A stretch of DNA of 64,000 bases from a bacterium (GTDB taxonomy: Bacteria; Patescibacteriota; Minisyncoccia; Phycocordibacterales; UBA5272). Location of the stretch: the NCBI GenBank assembly GCA_043745785.1, contig JAYTSG010000004.1, positions 570 through 64,569 of the forward strand, in the 5' to 3' direction. A model generated the notes under the pieces. That model saw nothing but the letters and a program-made list of their open reading frames with translations, did no database searches and was not told the origin of the DNA. The translations under genes were made by a program, and so were the position numbers. Positions 60,692-64,000 of the stretch are shown one piece after another (within the stretch, counting starts at the first letter, position 1; each line of letters starts with the position of its first letter).

Positions 60692-63600
60692 TTATTTATT
60701 AGTATTAATACTTATACTTAGCATCCTATCTAAGAAGGATCCTCCATCCCTTAATTGATTTACCCCAGGAATGCTGTACTGTACATGATATTTTTTTGCT
60801 AACCCAACCAACTTCTCTAAATTAATTTTATCTTCAGGAACTAAACGATTGATATCTCCGCTTGAAAAACCAATAGCTCTAAGTTCTTCCGCAGAAAGGA
60901 AAGAAAGGTTTCCTATAAGGTTTTTTATACCTTCACTATTTAACTCATTGAAATTATCGCCAAATTTGCTAACTAACATATCCCTTATTACATCTTTATG
61001 GGCAATGAGAAGCTTCGTCGCGGTATCTCCTGGTGCAACGCCTACCATGATAGCACTTACTGTATCTGTTGTGTCATGATCTGTTGATATCTCAGTAATT
61101 TTTTCCAAACTAGCTGAAGAAGCAGTACTAGCTGAAGGTTTCTCTATACCTCCAGCCATCTCACTTGCAGGCACGCCGAAAGAAATATGCTCTGAAACCC
61201 ATGTACCAAAATGATGAAAATCATGTATCGACCCAAGAGCAAAGACAGCGAGTCCTACACCCCAGCCAATTTTATTCGCGTCTTTTTTCCAATTCTCATT
61301 CAATCTACTTGCTTCAATGAATTTTTGAGCTCCTTTTGCAGCTGCTATAGCAGAGAATCCGCGAAGAACTACTTTTGCTACTCCTACCGTTGCTATCACA
61401 GGCGCCACGCTGAGAGCTGTACCTACGAAACCTAAACCAATCAAAGAAGCTGAGAGGACGAGCTTTGTTTTTGGTTCTAATTTTTCATACTTTTCTGGCA
61501 AACTTTTTATAAAAAGGTACACCCTTTTTTCAGCTTTTTCTGCTTCGGGTGTACGAATCGAAGTAAGCGCTTCAGCTTGAGGGGCCTGTATACTCACTGG
61601 CGAATCTAAAACAGGTTCAATTCTCGCTAGCTGTGGACCAGTTCCAACTGTTCTTTTCATGCCAAATCCTTCTCGCAGGTTACCGTACATTTCATCTTTT
61701 AATGCCTTGACAGAATTGAGCATTTTTTCCTTAACAGAATCAGTTTTTTCAAGAATCTTTTTTAGAGAATGTTCTTTTGCTTGTTTTATACCACCCACAA
61801 TCCTCGCTCTCGTCTTTGTAGCGAATCCTCGCAACACTGAACCAAGTTTACTCACACTACTCGCTTCAATTTGTATACGTGGGTAAAACTGATTAAGAAT
61901 ACCAAGAAAAGCTTCCAGTTTTGCTATTTTTTCATTGTCACCATCTTCCTTATGTTCTTTATTTTCCAAAGTATTCTTTTCCCTAAGAATACCTTTTTTA
62001 GTTGCTCGAATTTTCTTCTCTGCTTCATTGGTAACCTTTTCAGCCACAAGATTTGCACCAAAGATTGAAAGATTTTCTAGAATTAAAGCTGAGTTTTGGT
62101 ATAGTTCTTCGAAATTAAGGTTATGTAACAGTTCGAAAGAGTTTTCTGCATTTTCTTTTTCCAATGCACGCTGATCACTAAGACTAGGCACAGCCGAATC
62201 ATTACTTGCTTCAGCACCTATCACTTGAGGTTTCTCACCGTCACCTACAGGAGACATTTCTCTTAGCAGTTTTTTTAAACTAGTTATAACATTTTCAAAG
62301 ATGCCATTAACTTTACGTCCGTCTCCGGCTTCACTTTTTTCAGTCTTATCTTCATCTTCATTAAGACTCTCCAATAAATGAATCATGACTTCAATATTAT
62401 GTTGTGAATCACACTTTTTCTTTATTTCTTTAAGGATTTCGTTCTTTTTTTCAACGAAAAGGAGTTTTATCTGCTCAGCATTTTTAGTAATAGAAAACGC
62501 TTCACCCGTAAGTAGTATTTGCGCAGCTGCTTCCACTGTAAGATTATTCTTCTCTCTTTCTTCAGGTTTTTCTACAAAAAGAGAAGACTCACCCGTAGCT
62601 TGTGGCACTTCATTTTGACTTTGCTGAGCATTTACTACATCACCAGTGAGCTGATTTACTACATCTTGAACTTGCTCATCTGTGAAAGCTTTTTTAATAC
62701 CAGCAACGGCTGCTAGATCGTCTGGACTTACTGTCCCCCTATTCATCAGAATAAGCCTCTTTACGTACACAACAATTTTAGCAATAAACTCAGGGTTCTT
62801 ACCCAATGATTCAATTGCATTTCCATTATTTGGTTGCACTAAAGCAATGAGAATTGCACCAAAATCGGGAGCAGCTCCGCCACTTTGGAATAACGGTTCG
62901 AATACTGTTTCAACATTCTTTATCCGTTGTTCTTCGCTTACTTGGATTGTAGCATTAGACTCTGCTACAGCATCAAAAGACTCTACGGTCGCTACAAAGT
63001 CAGAAGGGTCAGTACTTACATTATATAGGTAATCTATAAGCTTTTCCTCAGCATCTACTCTATTTTTCATTGCAGTTGCGGTATCTTCATCTGTCTCAGA
63101 TTTCATACCCTCTTTTACAGAAGCGACCCTATCGACCAGACTTATAATAGAACCACTAAAACTTGATTGTTTTTGAAGATAATTTTTAACTTCATCTCCA
63201 TCTCTATCCATTACAATATCTTTACATAAAGCTTGAAGATCTGTTGTAGAAATATTATCGCCGTTTAGAAAGTTTTTTAGTTTATCGGCTAGTAATTTTT
63301 TATTTTGAGAGAGCCTGTCATACGCACCTACTAAACTTGCTTCTAAGCTTATTTGAGAGTTTGCATTTAATAAAGCTTCACGTGTATCTTGTGTAGAAGG
63401 TCCACCAAAAGGAGTCAGTGTGTCGTCTCTTGGTGTTACTGTTACCAAACCTCTAGTTGTGATTAACATAACTTTATTTATTAGAGCGATTGCCTGCTCA
63501 CACAAAGCTGTCGCTGAATGGTCATTCTTATCACGAGAATCCTGTAAACGAAGAAAGATCCTATCATGAGCTTCACTGAGAATTATATTAAACCTATCTT

Positions 63601-63832
63601 CATGACCATGTATTTTTTCTCGCAATAGACCAACCATAAGTTTGTCATCAAGAGACCTTTTAAGATCATCTAGGTTTTCAATAGTACCTCGAAGCAAACC
63701 ATTGAGACTTCCTAAAAATATTTTTTCTGGAGTTGCTTCAATAATATTCATATCTCTCAGAAGATCTGGACCATCTGGGTGTGGTATTGTATCTTGTGCT
63801 GTAACTAAATAATTTGGAGGTAACTCTGACAT
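60692..63832 (-). CDS. Large hypothetical protein (1046 aa): long soluble helical/coiled N-terminal region, C-terminal segment with 3-4 TM helices and an HDFHHF motif
   Basis: ATG start. No recognised catalytic domain. The hydrophobic stretch LVLSASLIGLGFVGTALSVAPVIATVGVAKVVL...IGWGVGLAVFALGSI lies near residue 800. Confidence 0.5.
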   Translation of the reverse strand: MSELPPNYLVTAQDTIPHPDGPDLLRDMNIIEATPEKIFLGSLNGLLRGTIENLDDLKRSLDDKLMVGLLREKIHGHEDRFNIILSEAHDRIFLRLQDSRDKNDHSATALCEQAIALINKVMLITTRGLVTVTPRDDTLTPFGGPSTQDTREALLNANSQISLEASLVGAYDRLSQNKKLLADKLKNFLNGDNISTTDLQALCKDIVMDRDGDEVKNYLQKQSSFSGSIISLVDRVASVKEGMKSETDEDTATAMKNRVDAEEKLIDYLYNVSTDPSDFVATVESFDAVAESNATIQVSEEQRIKNVETVFEPLFQSGGAAPDFGAILIALVQPNNGNAIESLGKNPEFIAKIVVYVKRLILMNRGTVSPDDLAAVAGIKKAFTDEQVQDVVNQLTGDVVNAQQSQNEVPQATGESSLFVEKPEEREKNNLTVEAAAQILLTGEAFSITKNAEQIKLLFVEKKNEILKEIKKKCDSQHNIEVMIHLLESLNEDEDKTEKSEAGDGRKVNGIFENVITSLKKLLREMSPVGDGEKPQVIGAEASNDSAVPSLSDQRALEKENAENSFELLHNLNFEELYQNSALILENLSIFGANLVAEKVTNEAEKKIRATKKGILREKNTLENKEHKEDGDNEKIAKLEAFLGILNQFYPRIQIEASSVSKLGSVLRGFATKTRARIVGGIKQAKEHSLKKILEKTDSVKEKMLNSVKALKDEMYGNLREGFGMKRTVGTGPQLARIEPVLDSPVSIQAPQAEALTSIRTPEAEKAEKRVYLFIKSLPEKYEKLEPKTKLVLSASLIGLGFVGTALSVAPVIATVGVAKVVLRGFSAIAAAKGAQKFIEASRLNENWKKDANKIGWGVGLAVFALGSIHDFHHFGTWVSEHISFGVPASEMAGGIEKPSASTASSASLEKITEISTDHDTTDTVSAIMVGVAPGDTATKLLIAHKDVIRDMLVSKFGDNFNELNSEGIKNLIGNLSFLSAEELRAIGFSSGDINRLVPEDKINLEKLVGLAKKYHVQYSIPGVNQLRDGGSFLDRMLSISINTNK

Positions 63833-64000
63833 AGAAAAAGTATAGCAGATACTTATACAACAGAGTGGGAATAACTCTTTTAGAATCTGATAGAGCTAAC
63901 GTTTTTTTGCAGGAGAGCTATACTAACATGAGGGATATAATGAACTACCCCGACTTGAAGGCAAGGGGAACTCTTTAGGTTAAAATACTCATCACTATGA

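Noticed and set aside
1-64000. Possibility of an alternative genetic code (UGA recoded, as in SR1/Gracilibacteria/Absconditabacteria)
   Set aside because: Housekeeping genes such as gyrA, ligA, ftsK, tuf and the ribosomal genes form long uninterrupted ORFs that terminate at TAA/TAG/TGA under the standard code. A conventional RF1 gene is present. No in-frame TGA disruptions were evident.

Overview
This is a low-GC (~38-40%) bacterial genome fragment with standard code 11 usage, meaning long intact ORFs ending in TAA/TAG/TGA. Gene content and protein style point to a Candidate Phyla Radiation (Patescibacteria / Parcubacteria-like) organism. The evidence is GFTLIELL-type pilins, a lysine-extended S19, a compact S10 cluster and many novel surface proteins.

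The window contains:
1. An ECF sigma factor with its membrane partner, at 0.5-1.9 kb.
2. A ~600 bp GC-rich compositional island at 3.85-4.44 kb.
3. A frameshifted SIMPL-domain gene at 4.8-5.6 kb.
4. The ribosomal genes rplJ and rplL at 5.7-6.6 kb.
5. A 1038-aa repetitive surface protein with a peptidoglycan-binding domain, at 7.2-10.3 kb.
6. A repeat-rich ~3 kb region surrounding a winged-helix regulator gene, at 10.3-13.0 kb.
7. A DNA-metabolism block: ftsK, recA, efp, gyrA and ligA.
8. Two tandem TrbC/VirB2-like pilin-fold membrane proteins, one fused to a domain with about 38 cysteines, at 20.9-23.0 kb.
9. A complete type IV pilus / competence-pilus locus at 32.4-46.6 kb: pilM-pilN-pilO-x-pilB-pilT-pilC-pilA-pilD followed by five pseudopilin-like genes. 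Two of the pseudopilins are fused to beta-propeller/Ig-like adhesin modules, and comFC is transcribed divergently from pilM.
10. prfA and rpmE, followed by a coiled-coil lytic transglycosylase.
11. The tuf-S10 ribosomal cluster (rpsJ to rplX). It lacks rpmC and is interrupted after rplX by a third GspE-family ATPase and a ~1 kb GC-shifted non-coding spacer, before a stranded rplE.

Several dispersed repeat families are present. One is a MITE-like palindromic element with GAC(C/T)TCTTTCAAAA termini, another is a 40-bp exact repeat, and a third is a set of inverted-repeat elements with ATCCGG(A/T)ATCCAGGT motifs. No tRNA, rRNA or CRISPR array was recognised.
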